Assembly (NCBI RefSeq): GCF_001897285.1
Contig: NZ_MKSM01000123.1
Coordinates: 12,675 to 76,674 of the forward strand
Direction of reading: 5' to 3'
DNA: 64,000 nt
Source of the DNA: Nitrobacter sp. 62-23
GTDB taxonomy: Bacteria; Pseudomonadota; Alphaproteobacteria; Rhizobiales; Xanthobacteraceae
Notes under the pieces: generated by a model
The model's database searches: none
The model's input: the letters and a program-made list of their open reading frames with translations, nothing else
What the model was told of the DNA's origin: nothing
Shown here: one piece after another, positions 1 to 10,463 of the stretch
Position numbering within the stretch: the first letter of the stretch is position 1
Layout of the letters: every line of letters begins with the position of its first letter
Position numbers and translations under genes: made by a program

Positions 1-315
1 GTTGGCAAGGTTTCGGACGCCAATTTCGAAGCGGAAGTGCTCAAGGCGACTGGCCCGGTCGTGGTCGATTTCTGGGCCGAGTGGTGCGGTCCCTGCCGCA
101 TGATCGGCCCGGTGCTGGACGAGATTTCCAGCGCGATGGGCAGCAAAGTCAAGATCGTCAAGCTCAACGTCGACGAGAGCCCGCGGACGGCTTCGAAATA
201 CGGCGTGATGTCGATTCCGACGCTGATGATCTTCAAGGGCGGCGAGCTGGCCTCGCGTCAGGTCGGCGCGGCGCCGAAGCAGAAGCTGGAGCAGTGGATC
301 ACCGCCACGGTCTGA
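1..315 (+). CDS. trxA: Thioredoxin (5' end just outside window)
   Basis: Frame open from base 1 (VGKVSDANFEAEVLK); VDFWAEWCGPC active site. Confidence 0.95.
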   Translation, partial: VGKVSDANFEAEVLKATGPVVVDFWAEWCGPCRMIGPVLDEISSAMGSKVKIVKLNVDESPRTASKYGVMSIPTLMIFKGGELASRQVGAAPKQKLEQWITATV

Positions 316-346
316 GTCTTCGCTTCCGCTTTTCTAAAATTTTGCG

Positions 347-378
347 AACGGCCGGTTCACCACCGGCCGTTTTTGTTT
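347..378 (+). terminator. Intrinsic terminator after trxA
   Basis: AACGGCCGG-ttcacca-CCGGCCGTT stem followed by a T-rich tract. Confidence 0.7.
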
Positions 379-391
379 GGGTGTGCCTCTT

Positions 392-415
392 ACCTCTCCC
401 GCTTGCGGGGGAGAG
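392..415. repeat. CCTCTCCC-type REP-like palindrome
   Basis: acctctcccgcttgcgggggagag; related to copies at 2772 and 37283. Confidence 0.6.
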
Positions 416-460
416 CGCTCGCAACGCATCACCGATACGTTTGCCTCGAAATAAATAATT

Positions 461-1789
461 TTAGTTCGGCGGCGTGCCATTCTCCGCCAGCACATGGCCG
501 GCGAGATAGAGCGACCCCGCGATCAGGATGCGTGGCGGGATTTCATAGGCAAGCCGCGCCACCGACTGCAGCGCCGCGCTGACGCTCACGGCGGTTTCGG
601 CGCGCATGTCGAACGCGCGCGCAGCATCCGCCAGCACGTCCGGCGGCATCGCATTTTCCGTATCCGGAATCGGCACGGCGATGACGTGGCGGGTCAGCCC
701 CGCGAAGTTGGCGAGGAAGCCTTGCGCATCCTTGTTTCCCATCATGCCCGTTATCACCACCAGCGGCCGCGACACCCGCTCCTCCAGATCGCCGAGCGCA
801 GCCGCCGCCACCCGTCCGCCGTCGACATTATGTCCGCCGTCTAGCCAGAGCTCGGCGTCGCGCGGCGCTCGATCCACCAGCCTGCCTGACGTCAGCCGCT
901 GCATTCGCGCCGGCCATTCCGCGCTCGTGACACCGCGCTCGAACGCCGCGGCGTCGATGCTGAAGCGTTCCTGCGCCCGCAGCGTCGCGACCGCGAGACC
1001 GGCATTGTCGAACTGATGGCGACCGAACAGTCGCGGCGCGGCAAGGTCGAGCAGGCCGCGCTCGTCCTGATAGACCAGCCGTCCATGCTCCATGCCGACG
1101 TGCCAGTCCTGACCCTCGGCGTATAGCGGGCTGCGCATCTGCTTCGCCCGCTGCTCGATCACGGCCTGCGCCTCCGGCAACTGCGCAGCGGCGATCACGG
1201 GCACACCACGCTTGATGATGCCGGCCTTCTCGCCGGCGATCTGCATCAGCGTGCCGCCAAGAAATTCGACATGGTCGATGCCGATCGGCGTGATGACGCT
1301 CGCGAGCGGCGTTTCCACCACGTTCGTGCTGTCAAGCCGGCCGCCGAGGCCGACCTCCAGCAGCAGCACGTCGGCGGGAGTTTTCGCGAACAACAGGAAG
1401 GCGGCGGCGGTCTTGATCTCGAACTGGGTGAGAGGCTCGCCGCCGTTGGCGCGCTCGCATTCGAGCAGCGCGTCGTGCAGGTCGCCGTCGCCGACCAGCG
1501 TTCCGGCCAGCCGCACGCATTCGTTGATCCGCACCAGATAGGGCGAGGTAAAGACGTGCACCCTCAGGCCGGCGGCCTCTAGGATCGCGCGCAGATAGGC
1601 AATCGTCGAGCCCTTGCCGTTGGTGCCTGCGACATGAATGACGGGCGGCAGCCGGCGTTCGGGGTGATCAAGCCGTTCGAGGATGCGCCACATCCGGCCG
1701 AGCGTGAGATCGATCTTTTTCGGATGCAGCTTCGAGATTCGCGCGACGACCTCGCCGAGCGGCGTCTGATGGGGCGGAGCAGCGCTCAC
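461..1789 (-). CDS. folC: Folylpolyglutamate synthase/dihydrofolate synthase
   Basis: [28 protein letters not shown] motifs; follows accD. Confidence 0.95.
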   Translation of the reverse strand: MSAAPPHQTPLGEVVARISKLHPKKIDLTLGRMWRILERLDHPERRLPPVIHVAGTNGKGSTIAYLRAILEAAGLRVHVFTSPYLVRINECVRLAGTLVGDGDLHDALLECERANGGEPLTQFEIKTAAAFLLFAKTPADVLLLEVGLGGRLDSTNVVETPLASVITPIGIDHVEFLGGTLMQIAGEKAGIIKRGVPVIAAAQLPEAQAVIEQRAKQMRSPLYAEGQDWHVGMEHGRLVYQDERGLLDLAAPRLFGRHQFDNAGLAVATLRAQERFSIDAAAFERGVTSAEWPARMQRLTSGRLVDRAPRDAELWLDGGHNVDGGRVAAAALGDLEERVSRPLVVITGMMGNKDAQGFLANFAGLTRHVIAVPIPDTENAMPPDVLADAARAFDMRAETAVSVSAALQSVARLAYEIPPRILIAGSLYLAGHVLAENGTPPN

Positions 1790-2730
1790 GCGGGAGGCGC
1801 AGGCGGCGGCGCCGCGTCCGTTGCAGGCACCGGCTCGGCCGGCTCATCCGTGTCGGGCGGCGGCTCTGCCGTCGCATCAAACGCAGGCGCCTTGGTCAGC
1901 AGCCGGCACAGCCGCGCCAGCGTCGGCCGCAACTCATGGCGATGCACCACCAGGTCGACCATGCCGTGGTCACGCAGATATTCGGCGCGCTGGAAGCCAT
2001 CCGGCAATTTCTCGCGGATGGTCTGCTCGATGACGCGCGCGCCGGCGAAACCGATCAGCGCACCGGGCTCGGCGATGTGGATGTCGCCGAGCATCGCATA
2101 GGACGCGGTGACGCCGCCGGTGGTCGGATTGGTCAGCACCACGATGTAGGGTTGGCCTGCCTCGCGCAGCATCTGCACGGCGACGGTGGTGCGCGGCAGT
2201 TGCATCAGCGACAGCACGCCCTCCTGCATCCGCGCGCCGCCGGAGGCCGCAAACACGATGAACGGGCATTGCTTCTCGACCGCGAGTTCGATGCCGCGCA
2301 CGATGGCCTCACCCGCCGCCATTCCGAGCGATCCGCCCATGAAATCGAAATCCTGCACCGCGACGACGACGCCGGCGCTTTCCAGCTTGCCGTATCCGAC
2401 CTTCACGGAATCATGGAGTCCGGTCTTGGCGCGCGCGTCCTTGATGCGATCGACATATCTGCGCTCGTCACGGAACTTGAGCGGATCGGCGGTCACCTCG
2501 GGCAACGCGACGTCGTACCAGGTCTCGTTGTCGAAGATCGAACGCAGCCGCGCGTCCGCGCTCATGCGCATGTGATAGTTCGAGCCCGGGATGACGAACT
2601 GGTTGCTCTCGACGTCCTTGTAGAACACGAGCTGACCGGTGTCCGGACACTTGATCCAGAGATTCTCCGGCGTCTCGCGCTTGAGCATATTGCGGATCTT
2701 GGGGCGGACGACGTTCGTCAACCAGTTCAT
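1786..2730 (-). CDS. accD: Acetyl-CoA carboxylase carboxyltransferase beta
   Basis: [45 protein letters not shown]. Confidence 0.96.
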   Translation of the reverse strand: MNWLTNVVRPKIRNMLKRETPENLWIKCPDTGQLVFYKDVESNQFVIPGSNYHMRMSADARLRSIFDNETWYDVALPEVTADPLKFRDERRYVDRIKDARAKTGLHDSVKVGYGKLESAGVVVAVQDFDFMGGSLGMAAGEAIVRGIELAVEKQCPFIVFAASGGARMQEGVLSLMQLPRTTVAVQMLREAGQPYIVVLTNPTTGGVTASYAMLGDIHIAEPGALIGFAGARVIEQTIREKLPDGFQRAEYLRDHGMVDLVVHRHELRPTLARLCRLLTKAPAFDATAEPPPDTDEPAEPVPATDAAPPPAPPA

Positions 2731-2771
2731 GCTTCACTCCGTAACGCCACACCATCCAGCGATGGCCCGAA

Positions 2772-2928
2772 CCCTCTCCCCCTTTTGGAGAGGGTGGCAA
2801 GCACCGCCCGAAGCAAGGTGCGAACCGGGTGAGGGGTTCGCCTGTCGCAAAGAGGACGAGGGGACGACCCCCTCACCCGCCTCACCGCATACATGCGACT
2901 CGGCACCCTCTCCCACAAGGGGAGAGGT
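2772..2928. repeat. Paired CCCTCTCCC REP-like element
   Basis: ccctctccc...ggagaggg at one end and ccctctcccacaaggggagagg at the other, between trpA and accD. Confidence 0.7.
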
Positions 2929-2945
2929 AAAGCAAAGACTATTCC

Positions 2946-3776
2946 TCATCCCGCTCTGGCCGACCGCACGCCCGCGGCCAGCGACGCCACGAGACCGGCG
3001 ACCGCGTTGACGGTCCCGGCCGTCGCCTTGCCCCCGGTATCGAGGCTGCCGGAGAGCGCATCGACCAGCGCGGAGCCGACCACCGCGCCGTCGGCGCCCT
3101 CGGCGATGCCACGCGCCGCCTCCGGGGTGCGAATGCCGAAGCCGACGCAGACCGGCAAATCGGTATGGCGCTTGATGCGTCCAACCGCCGCGCCGACGGC
3201 GGCCGAATCCGCAGCCGCGCTGCCGGTGATCCCGGTGATCGAGACGTAGTAGACGAAACCGGAGGTGTTCGCGAGCACCGCCGGCAGCCGCTTGTCGTCG
3301 GTGGTCGGCGTCGCGAGGCGAATGAAATTCAGTCCCGCCTTCATCGCCGGAATGCACAGTTCGGAGTCTTCCTCCGGCGGCAGATCGACGACGATAAGGC
3401 CGTCGATGCCAGCGGCCTTCGCGTCGACAAGAAACCTCTCGACGCCGTAAATGTAGATCGGATTGTAATATCCCATCAGCACGACCGGCGTCGCGTCCTC
3501 ATTTTGCCGGAAGTCGCGGATCATCTGCAGCGTCTTGGTCACGGTCATGCCCGCCTTGAGCGCGCGCCGCCCGGCGGCCTGGACCGCGGGGCCGTCCGCC
3601 ATCGGATCGGTGAACGGCATTCCGATTTCAATGATGTCGGCGCCTGCCTCAGGCAGCGCCTGAATGATGGCGAGCGAGGTCGCGGGGTCCGGGTCGCCGG
3701 CCATCAGGAAGGTGACGAAGGCCGCGCGGCCCTGCTTCCGCAATTCGGCAAAACGCGTGTCGATACGGGTGCTCAC
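2946..3776 (-). CDS. trpA: Tryptophan synthase alpha
   Basis: [36 protein letters not shown]. Confidence 0.97.
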   Translation of the reverse strand: MSTRIDTRFAELRKQGRAAFVTFLMAGDPDPATSLAIIQALPEAGADIIEIGMPFTDPMADGPAVQAAGRRALKAGMTVTKTLQMIRDFRQNEDATPVVLMGYYNPIYIYGVERFLVDAKAAGIDGLIVVDLPPEEDSELCIPAMKAGLNFIRLATPTTDDKRLPAVLANTSGFVYYVSITGITGSAAADSAAVGAAVGRIKRHTDLPVCVGFGIRTPEAARGIAEGADGAVVGSALVDALSGSLDTGGKATAGTVNAVAGLVASLAAGVRSARAG

Positions 3777-5017
3777 GTCTTCCTGCCCTTCAAGATCTCG
3801 CCGACCTGCGGCACGTCCTTGTCGCCGCGGCCGGAGAGGTTGACCACCATCAGGTGATCTTTGGACCGCTGCGGCGCGAGTTCGATGACACGCGCGATCG
3901 CGTGCGCCGATTCCAGCGCCGGGATGATGCCTTCAAGCCGCGACAGCAGTTGAAACGCGGCGAGCGCCTCCTCGTCGGTCGCGGACAGATAGGTGACGCG
4001 GCCGGTCTCACGCAGCCATGAATGCTCCGGCCCGATGCCGGGATAATCGAGGCCGGCGGAGATCGAGTGCGCGTCCTGGATCTGGCCGTCATCGTCCATC
4101 AGGAGATACGTCCGGTTACCGTGCAGCACGCCCGGCCGCCCGCCGGTGAGCGAGGCGGCGTGCAGCTTGTCGAGGCCGTGTCCCGCCGCCTCGACGCCGA
4201 AAATCTCCACCGAGGCATCGTCGAGAAACGGGTGGAACAGTCCCATCGCATTGGAACCGCCGCCGATGCAGGCGATCAGCGAATCCGGCAGGCGGCCCTC
4301 GGCCTCCTGCATCTGCGCGCGCGTCTCCGCGCCGATGACCGACTGGAAGTCGCGCACCATCATCGGATAGGGATGCGGCCCCGCCACCGTGCCGATGCAA
4401 TAGAAGGTGTTGTGCACGTTGGTCACCCAGTCGCGGAGCGCCTCGTTCATGGCGTCCTTGAGCGTGCGGGTGCCGGACTGCACCGGCACCACTTTGGCGC
4501 CCAGCATCTCCATGCGGATGACGTTGGGCTCCTGCCGCGCCACGTCGACCGCGCCCATATAGACCACGCAGTCGAGGCCGAAGCGCGCGCACAGCGTCGC
4601 GGTCGCAACGCCATGCTGGCCCGCGCCGGTCTCGGCGATGATGCGCTTCTTGCCCATGCGACGCGCGACCAGAATCTGGCCGAGCACGTTGTTGACCTTG
4701 TGCGAGCCGGTGTGGTTGAGCTCCTCCCGCTTCAGATAGATCTTTGCGCCACCAGCGCGGCCGGAAGCCGCGGAAATGTCCCGAAGATGCTCGGTCAGGC
4801 GCTCGGCGAAATACAAGGGCGACGGACGGCCGACATAGTTCTTGCGGTAGCCGGCCATCTCGCGCTGGAACGCCGAATCGGCCCTGGCTTCGGCATAGGC
4901 CTTCTCCAGATCGAGGATCAGCGGCATCAGCGTTTCCGCCACGAAGCGGCCGCCGAAAATGCCGAAGTGTCCGCGCTCGTCGGGACCGGATCGGAAGGAA
5001 TTGGGGAGAGAGTTCAT
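3773..5017 (-). CDS. trpB: Tryptophan synthase beta
   Basis: [17 protein letters not shown] lysine, [21 protein letters not shown]. Confidence 0.97.
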   Translation of the reverse strand: MNSLPNSFRSGPDERGHFGIFGGRFVAETLMPLILDLEKAYAEARADSAFQREMAGYRKNYVGRPSPLYFAERLTEHLRDISAASGRAGGAKIYLKREELNHTGSHKVNNVLGQILVARRMGKKRIIAETGAGQHGVATATLCARFGLDCVVYMGAVDVARQEPNVIRMEMLGAKVVPVQSGTRTLKDAMNEALRDWVTNVHNTFYCIGTVAGPHPYPMMVRDFQSVIGAETRAQMQEAEGRLPDSLIACIGGGSNAMGLFHPFLDDASVEIFGVEAAGHGLDKLHAASLTGGRPGVLHGNRTYLLMDDDGQIQDAHSISAGLDYPGIGPEHSWLRETGRVTYLSATDEEALAAFQLLSRLEGIIPALESAHAIARVIELAPQRSKDHLMVVNLSGRGDKDVPQVGEILKGRKT

Positions 5018-5027
5018 TGTGACCCTT

Positions 5028-5148
5028 CGTCATGGCCGGATTGATTCCGGCCATCCACGTCTTGCTCGCTGTGATTTCCGACAGAGGTCGATGCCCGCGA
5101 AACGGACAGGTTTACGCCGTCTGCGACGGCTCTGCGCAGGCATGACGG
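5028..5148. repeat. GTCA-type REP pair
   Basis: cgtcatggccggattgattccggccatccacgtc ... gggcatgacg. Confidence 0.7.
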
Positions 5149-5167
5149 CTGCCGTGGTTTTCCGAGG

Positions 5168-5845
5168 CTACCCCACATGCGAGGTCGCTTCGCGCAAACT
5201 GGTCGCAGCCGCTCGCGCGGCCCGAATGAATGCGTCGATCATTCCGGCATCCTTCACCCCCGGCGCGCTTTCCACGCTGGAGGAAACATCGACGCCGCCG
5301 GCGCGCGTGATCCGCACCGCGTCGTGGACGTTGCTTGCGGCGAGGCCGCCGGAGATCATGAATGGAATCTTGAGAGCCAGGTTTTCCAGAAGCCGCCAGT
5401 CGAAGGGAACGCCCAGCCCGCCCGGCCGCGTGGCGTCCTTGGGCGGGCGCGCATCGAACAGCACACGGTCGGCCGCCGCGGCGTAAGCGGGCAGCGTCGC
5501 AAGGTCGGCGGCGGTCTCGACACCGATCGCTTTCATGACCGGCAGGCCGAACCGCCGCTTGATCTCGTGAATGCGAACCGCGGTTTCCTTGCCATGCAAT
5601 TGCAACAGATCCGGCCGCAAAGCCTCGATGATGCCGTCCAGCGTCGCGTCGTCGGCATCCACGGTCAGCGCGACCTTGACGGCACGCCCGCCTGCCTGCG
5701 CGCCCAGTTCGCGCGCGCGCGACAGATCAAGATGCCGCGGCGAGGCTGGAAAGAACACGAATCCCACCATATCGGCACCGGCCTGCAACGCCGCATCGAG
5801 CGTCGCAGGAGTGGACAGGCCGCATATCTTGACGATCAGGGACAT
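5168..5845 (-). CDS. trpF: Phosphoribosylanthranilate isomerase
   Basis: VKICGL, LQLHG, GGLG..FDW, GVDVSSSVE; start taken at MSLIVK. Confidence 0.93.
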   Translation of the reverse strand: MSLIVKICGLSTPATLDAALQAGADMVGFVFFPASPRHLDLSRARELGAQAGGRAVKVALTVDADDATLDGIIEALRPDLLQLHGKETAVRIHEIKRRFGLPVMKAIGVETAADLATLPAYAAAADRVLFDARPPKDATRPGGLGVPFDWRLLENLALKIPFMISGGLAASNVHDAVRITRAGGVDVSSSVESAPGVKDAGMIDAFIRAARAAATSLREATSHVG

Positions 5846-6005
5846 GGTCTCGAACGATCCGGCGCGCGCACCGGACAACCGGCGAAACCCGGCCGTTTCC
5901 GGGCATCAAACGCGCTCGCGCGGGTTCTACAACGTCGCGCTGCGCTTGTCTCGTCCGCGCGCTAGGGCCGTCGGAAAGTTCTTTGCGATGCAGCAGGGAC
6001 CGCCG

Positions 6006-6353
6006 CTATCCGGCCCGGCGCGTCAGGTCGGGCAACCGCGCCGTATCGCGAGACTCCCAGCGCGATCGCAGATCGGCCAGCTCCACGCGCGCCTCCCGCG
6101 CATCCGCCTCATACTGGCGCACCTTGTGACGCCAGCGGCGTTGCCCGAACCAGGTCGCGACGCTCCCGGCCACCACGCCGAAGATCGCAACCGCAATGAT
6201 GAGGATGAACAGCGGCAGGGTGACGGTGGCCATCCGGTCGTTCGCATCGAAGGGATCGAACGTCACCGTCACCGGATGACGGTTTGCGAACGCAAACACG
6301 ATGAAAAGCACACCAAGCGGAATCACGATCAGGCCGGTCAGGAATTTTCGCAT
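6006..6353 (-). CDS. LapA/DUF1049 family small membrane protein
   Basis: FAFANRHPVTVTFDPF between two TM helices; directly after ihfB. Confidence 0.75.
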   Translation of the reverse strand: MRKFLTGLIVIPLGVLFIVFAFANRHPVTVTFDPFDANDRMATVTLPLFILIIAVAIFGVVAGSVATWFGQRRWRHKVRQYEADAREARVELADLRSRWESRDTARLPDLTRRAG

Positions 6354-6436
6354 GATCTCTCTCGCGACGGTAGCGTCAAGCACTCATGCTGGACAGGTTC
6401 GCTTGCAGATTCATGGGGACGCCCCCCTGAACGTTC

Positions 6437-6742
6437 CTATGCGCTTGCTTCACTGGTGGCATTCTCGCGATTGAGCCGCTCGCGCATTTCCTTGCCGGTC
6501 TTGAAGAACGGCACGCTCTTCTGATCGACCGGGACGTGTTCTCCCGTGCGCGGATTGCGGCCCGCACGCGCGGGACGATGCTTGACCGAAAACGCACCAA
6601 AGCCACGCAGCTCGACGCGATCGCCTCGCGCGAGCGCGGCGACAATCTCGTCGAGAATTGCGTTCACGATGTTCTCCACATCCCGCTGATAGAGGTGCGG
6701 GTTGTGCTCGGCGATGCGTTGAACGAGTTCGGATTTGATCAT
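6437..6742 (-). CDS. ihfB: Integration host factor beta
   Basis: [38 protein letters not shown]. Confidence 0.97.
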   Translation of the reverse strand: MIKSELVQRIAEHNPHLYQRDVENIVNAILDEIVAALARGDRVELRGFGAFSVKHRPARAGRNPRTGEHVPVDQKSVPFFKTGKEMRERLNRENATSEASA

Positions 6743-6910
6743 CGAGACTGGGGCCCATAGACGGGAGGGACCATTTCCGTGAAAATGGTCAGGGCTGTCA
6801 AGTCGCTAAATGCGATTCGCCCGGTCGGAGGAAACCGCCGCAAAAATTCTGCACCGCGGCATTTGCGGGTTCTCACCCCCAAAAATGCCCGCGCGCGTCC
6901 GATTCGAGCC

Positions 6911-7888
6911 TCAATTGGAGGGTGCCGGCTGCCACAATGCCAGCATGCCGTCGAGACCCAACCGATCCGCCGCCCGCACCACGCCGGCCTGCTCGACCTG
7001 GCGCGCGACGCCGCTCAATCCCAGCGCATCGAAGGTCAGAAATGCGGCGGTGCGCAGGAACGTCAGGTCGCCAAAGCGCGGCGACAACTTGAAATCGCGC
7101 ACCGGGAGGCCGGAAGCGACGTTCTTCTCGGCGACAAGCCACGCGATCGCAGTCCTTTCGTCGCCGAGCTGATCGATCAGCTTGAGGTCAATCGCCTGCC
7201 GCCCGGTGAAGACACGGCCGTCGGCGACCTTCTCCAGTTGCGCACCATCCATGCCGCGCCGGCTCTGCACCAGGCCGCGGAACCAGGCATAGGAATCCTT
7301 CACCAGCGAGTCGATTGCAGCGCGCGCTTCCGGGCTGGTCGGCTCATAGCCGTTCGGAGCCGCCTTCAACGGCGACGATTTCACCTCCTCAACCTTGATT
7401 CCGACCGTTTTCAGGAGCTCGGTGAAATTCGGATATTGAAACAGCACGCCGATCGAACCGACCAGCGCCGTCTGCTGCGCGACGATATGATCGGAGGCGA
7501 GCGCGGCGATATATCCGCCCGACGCGCAGAGCCCTTCGACCACCACCACCATCGGCTTCCTGGCCTTCAGGCGCATCAGGGCGTCGTAAAGCTGCTCGGA
7601 CCCCGCCGTCGTGCCTCCCGGCGAATTGATGTGCACGATGACCGCGGGCGCGTTGGATTTGCCCAAGCGCTCCAGCGCCTCGACGCGGTTCTGGTCGCTG
7701 CGGATCAGGCCCTCGATGTTGACACGCTGGATCGCGCCGCCGCCCGTCAGCTTGCGGCCCCATGGCGTCGCATAGGCGCTGACGGCGATAACCGATGCGA
7801 TCGCGATTAAAGCCGACGCGACGCGCCAGAAGGTGAGCTTGCTGCGCAACCTGCGGCGATCGACGATCGCATCCGACTCAATCGACAT
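6911..7888 (-). CDS. sppA: Signal peptide peptidase SppA (S49)
   Basis: INSPGG, CASGGY, VGSIGV, ADGRVFTG; GGAG RBS before ATG 7888. Confidence 0.9.
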   Translation of the reverse strand: MSIESDAIVDRRRLRSKLTFWRVASALIAIASVIAVSAYATPWGRKLTGGGAIQRVNIEGLIRSDQNRVEALERLGKSNAPAVIVHINSPGGTTAGSEQLYDALMRLKARKPMVVVVEGLCASGGYIAALASDHIVAQQTALVGSIGVLFQYPNFTELLKTVGIKVEEVKSSPLKAAPNGYEPTSPEARAAIDSLVKDSYAWFRGLVQSRRGMDGAQLEKVADGRVFTGRQAIDLKLIDQLGDERTAIAWLVAEKNVASGLPVRDFKLSPRFGDLTFLRTAAFLTFDALGLSGVARQVEQAGVVRAADRLGLDGMLALWQPAPSN

Positions 7889-7989
7889 CGACATTCTCCA
7901 TAAGGACCCGCGATCAGGCATCCACCCTGACGCTCGGCATCGGCCTTGATTGACCAAGTTACACCAATTGCAGCGCAATATGAAGAAAC

Positions 7990-8195
7990 CAGAGTCTTTC
8001 ACCGTTTCACGGAAACAGTGAAAGACTCTACGCTCTTGATTTGACACGTTTTCTTCACGCGAACCGGTATCCGCTTCGCTCGAAAACGCTATAGCGCGTA
8101 TTCCGCAAAAGTGGATATTAGTTTTGCGATCGGAATACGCGTCAAAATAAAGCGAGAGTCCTGCTTCTGATTCCATCAGAAGCGGAAGGGCTCTA
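7990..8195. mobile_element. Composite TAG-bounded mini-element (four palindromic modules)
   Basis: Contains ttgatttgac.cgttttcttcacgcgaaccggtatcc.cttcgctcgaaaacgcta, shared with at least 8 other loci; the end cta 8193-8195 is the stop of the adjacent gene. Confidence 0.75.
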
Positions 8196-8945
8196 CGCCA
8201 GCGGCTGGCGGCCGCGCCGATCGGGTGCGATCAGTTCAGGCCGTGGCCCCGACAACCGCTTGTGCATGTGGACCATGAAAGCCATGCCGAACAGCGGCGT
8301 CGCCAGGTTGACGATCGGAATCGCCACGAAACCTGCGATGACAAGACCGGCCAGGAACACCGTGGCGGCGTTGTCGCGGCGCATCGCCTTGGCCTCCTCA
8401 GGCGAACGGAACCGCATCGCCGCGAGTTCGAAATATTCCCGGCCGAGCAGCCACGCAGTGGCGATGAAGAAGGCGATGAAGCCCGCGCCGGCCACGAAGA
8501 CGAAAGGCAGCGCGATCAGGTAGACGAGCAGCGTCAGCAGCGCGGTCTTGATGCCTTCGGACATCGCGAGGCCAAACGGCAGCGGCGCGCCGGGATGGTC
8601 CGCCGGATAATGTTCGCGCTCGACGATCTCGCCGACGTCGTCGACGAACACGCCCGCGACCAGCGAGGTGATCGTGGGCATCAGAAACACCGCGCCGAAC
8701 ACGATGCCGAAGCCCGCGGCGATCGAAATGATCCAGGCCAGGATGTCGAGCGGGGTATGAAAGGCCGGCCCAAGCATGGTTTCAGCCCAGAGTTCGCCGG
8801 AGCCGGCGAGCCAGCTCAACAATCGCTGCAGTCCGACGGCGGCGACGACGATCAGCACCAGCGCGAGCCCGATCGCGCGCCACAGGATGGCGCGCATCGG
8901 CGGCGACAGAATCTGCGTGAGGGCCTTGACGGCGGCACCCATCAT
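8193..8945 (-). CDS. EI24/CysZ-like membrane protein
   Basis: Multi-TM; DDVGEIVEREHYP, LLGREYFELAAMR, IPIVNLATPLF. Confidence 0.75.
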   Translation of the reverse strand: MMGAAVKALTQILSPPMRAILWRAIGLALVLIVVAAVGLQRLLSWLAGSGELWAETMLGPAFHTPLDILAWIISIAAGFGIVFGAVFLMPTITSLVAGVFVDDVGEIVEREHYPADHPGAPLPFGLAMSEGIKTALLTLLVYLIALPFVFVAGAGFIAFFIATAWLLGREYFELAAMRFRSPEEAKAMRRDNAATVFLAGLVIAGFVAIPIVNLATPLFGMAFMVHMHKRLSGPRPELIAPDRRGRQPLA

Positions 8946-8970
8946 GACGGTCAGTTCCCGGTGAACCCCA

Positions 8971-9009
8971 AGGCTCGGATACGAGGCTCGGATACGAGGC
9001 TCAGATAAA
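8971..9009. repeat. 13-bp tandem repeat x3
   Basis: aggctcggatacg, aggctcggatacg, aggctcagataaa. Confidence 0.85.
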
Positions 9010-9090
9010 CGCCGCGGCGCGCGCCGGCAAGGGCGCGGATCGGCGCGCATGCTTCCGCTGGGACGCGAATCGGCCGGCATGATGTGGCTG

Positions 9091-9585
9091 TCACGCTTGG
9101 GCAGCGTAAGTCTGCGCGCCGGCGAGTTCGGCCGCGATCATCGCGCCGAGCGCCATGTCGCTCTGCTGGCCGAAGCCGTGATGGACGATGCGGCCGCTAC
9201 GGCCGATCAGGATGCTTGTCGGCGTCCCCTGCATGGCATAGCGGCCCATGGTGACCGGCAGCGGGGTGCCGTCGCCGGCGGCGTCGACGCCGATCGGAAA
9301 CGTCAGCCGGTATTCGTGAATGAAGGCTTGAAGCGAAACCGGCGTCATCGCGGCATGATGCTCGAACACCGTGTGCAGGCCGATCACCTGCAAATCGGTC
9401 GCCTTGAACAGCTCATAGGCGCGCTGGGTTTGCGGCGTGCCATGCGCGACGCAGCCGGGACACAGCATCTGGAAGGCATGGAGCAGCACCGGACGGCCGC
9501 GCAGCGCAGCGAGCGTCAGCGGCTCGCCGGTGTTGAACCATTGCGACACCGCAAGCTCGGGAGCGGCGCCGTCCGCCTCGCTCAT
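9091..9585 (-). CDS. Redoxin/TlpA-like thioredoxin-fold protein
   Basis: AFQMLCPGC CxxC motif, IGLHTVFEHH, FPIGVD. Confidence 0.8.
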   Translation of the reverse strand: MSEADGAAPELAVSQWFNTGEPLTLAALRGRPVLLHAFQMLCPGCVAHGTPQTQRAYELFKATDLQVIGLHTVFEHHAAMTPVSLQAFIHEYRLTFPIGVDAAGDGTPLPVTMGRYAMQGTPTSILIGRSGRIVHHGFGQQSDMALGAMIAAELAGAQTYAAQA

Positions 9586-10463
9586 GAATGTCCCCGCATT
9601 GCACTCACTTTTTCGGAAAGAACCGGCTGATGCTGGTCAGCCGGTTCGGAAACAGGCGGCGGCGAATTGGCGTCGACCTGAAACAGATCAATCGCGCCCG
9701 CTACCTCCGCGAGCGGCTTCTGCCTGTCGGCCCAATGGAGCGAGAGATAGTCGAAACCCAGCACGATGGTCGGCTTGACGATCTCGAAATAGGGCGAGAT
9801 GTCGAAATCGCGCGGCATGTAGAGCGAGGAATCGCGGATGTGCAGGATCTCGCGCCGCGCGCTGCGGCTGCCGGCGCGGGTAATCTTCGGCAGGATCGGA
9901 TAGCGCACCGCCTCGAAGGCCTGCGCAATCAGCGCCGAACAGATGATCTTGGTCGGATCGCCGGAGCCGAACGCGATCATGCGCCGCCGCCAGCGCTGCG
10001 GCACCGGCAGCGGCACCAGATAGCGCATCAGATCGACGATATTCTTGGTATCGTAGCCGAAGCCGATGCGGTTGATGGCATAGCGGCACACCGTGGCGCG
10101 GTCCTCGTCGGACAGGCCGACCGGGCGGCATATCCGGGTGTGATACGGGAAATATTTCGACAGCGGCGCGGAGATCACGCCCTCGCCGACATTGGCCTCG
10201 ATCAGGACATGCTTCTCGCCGTCAGGCTCGGCGGCGCCGGCGATCGGGCCGACATAAAGCGCGGCGTGCGACCATGTCGATTGCGTGAGATACTTGATGA
10301 TGCCCGAGATGCGGCTGTTGCCTTCCACCAGGAGAACGTCGCCTTCCTGAATGAGGCCGCGCAGATGCTCCGGATCGCTCGGCGTGAACGGCTTGTAGCC
10401 CGACACCTCCTTCTGGAGGTACGCCGCAATCCATTTCCCGACCCTGTCGAGCACGAAGCCCAT
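9582..10463 (-). CDS. YiiX/YebB-like permuted NlpC/P60 cysteine hydrolase
   Basis: GDVLLVEG, WSHAALY (His) preceding IICSALIA (Cys); 4-bp overlap with the redoxin gene. Confidence 0.75.
   Translation of the reverse strand: MGFVLDRVGKWIAAYLQKEVSGYKPFTPSDPEHLRGLIQEGDVLLVEGNSRISGIIKYLTQSTWSHAALYVGPIAGAAEPDGEKHVLIEANVGEGVISAPLSKYFPYHTRICRPVGLSDEDRATVCRYAINRIGFGYDTKNIVDLMRYLVPLPVPQRWRRRMIAFGSGDPTKIICSALIAQAFEAVRYPILPKITRAGSRSARREILHIRDSSLYMPRDFDISPYFEIVKPTIVLGFDYLSLHWADRQKPLAEVAGAIDLFQVDANSPPPVSEPADQHQPVLSEKVSAMRGHS

Noticed and set aside
8003-8018. parS-like word cgtttcacggaaacag (also similar words in copies near 16990, 41500 and 53175)
   Set aside because: It lacks a central base of the 16-bp palindrome and is simply the loop region of an element hairpin.
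7889-8176. 5' extension of sppA and the ORF 16933-17220 with motifs like FSSEADTGSREEN
   Set aside because: These are translations of the mini-element, not protein domains; sppA has its own RBS at 7888.
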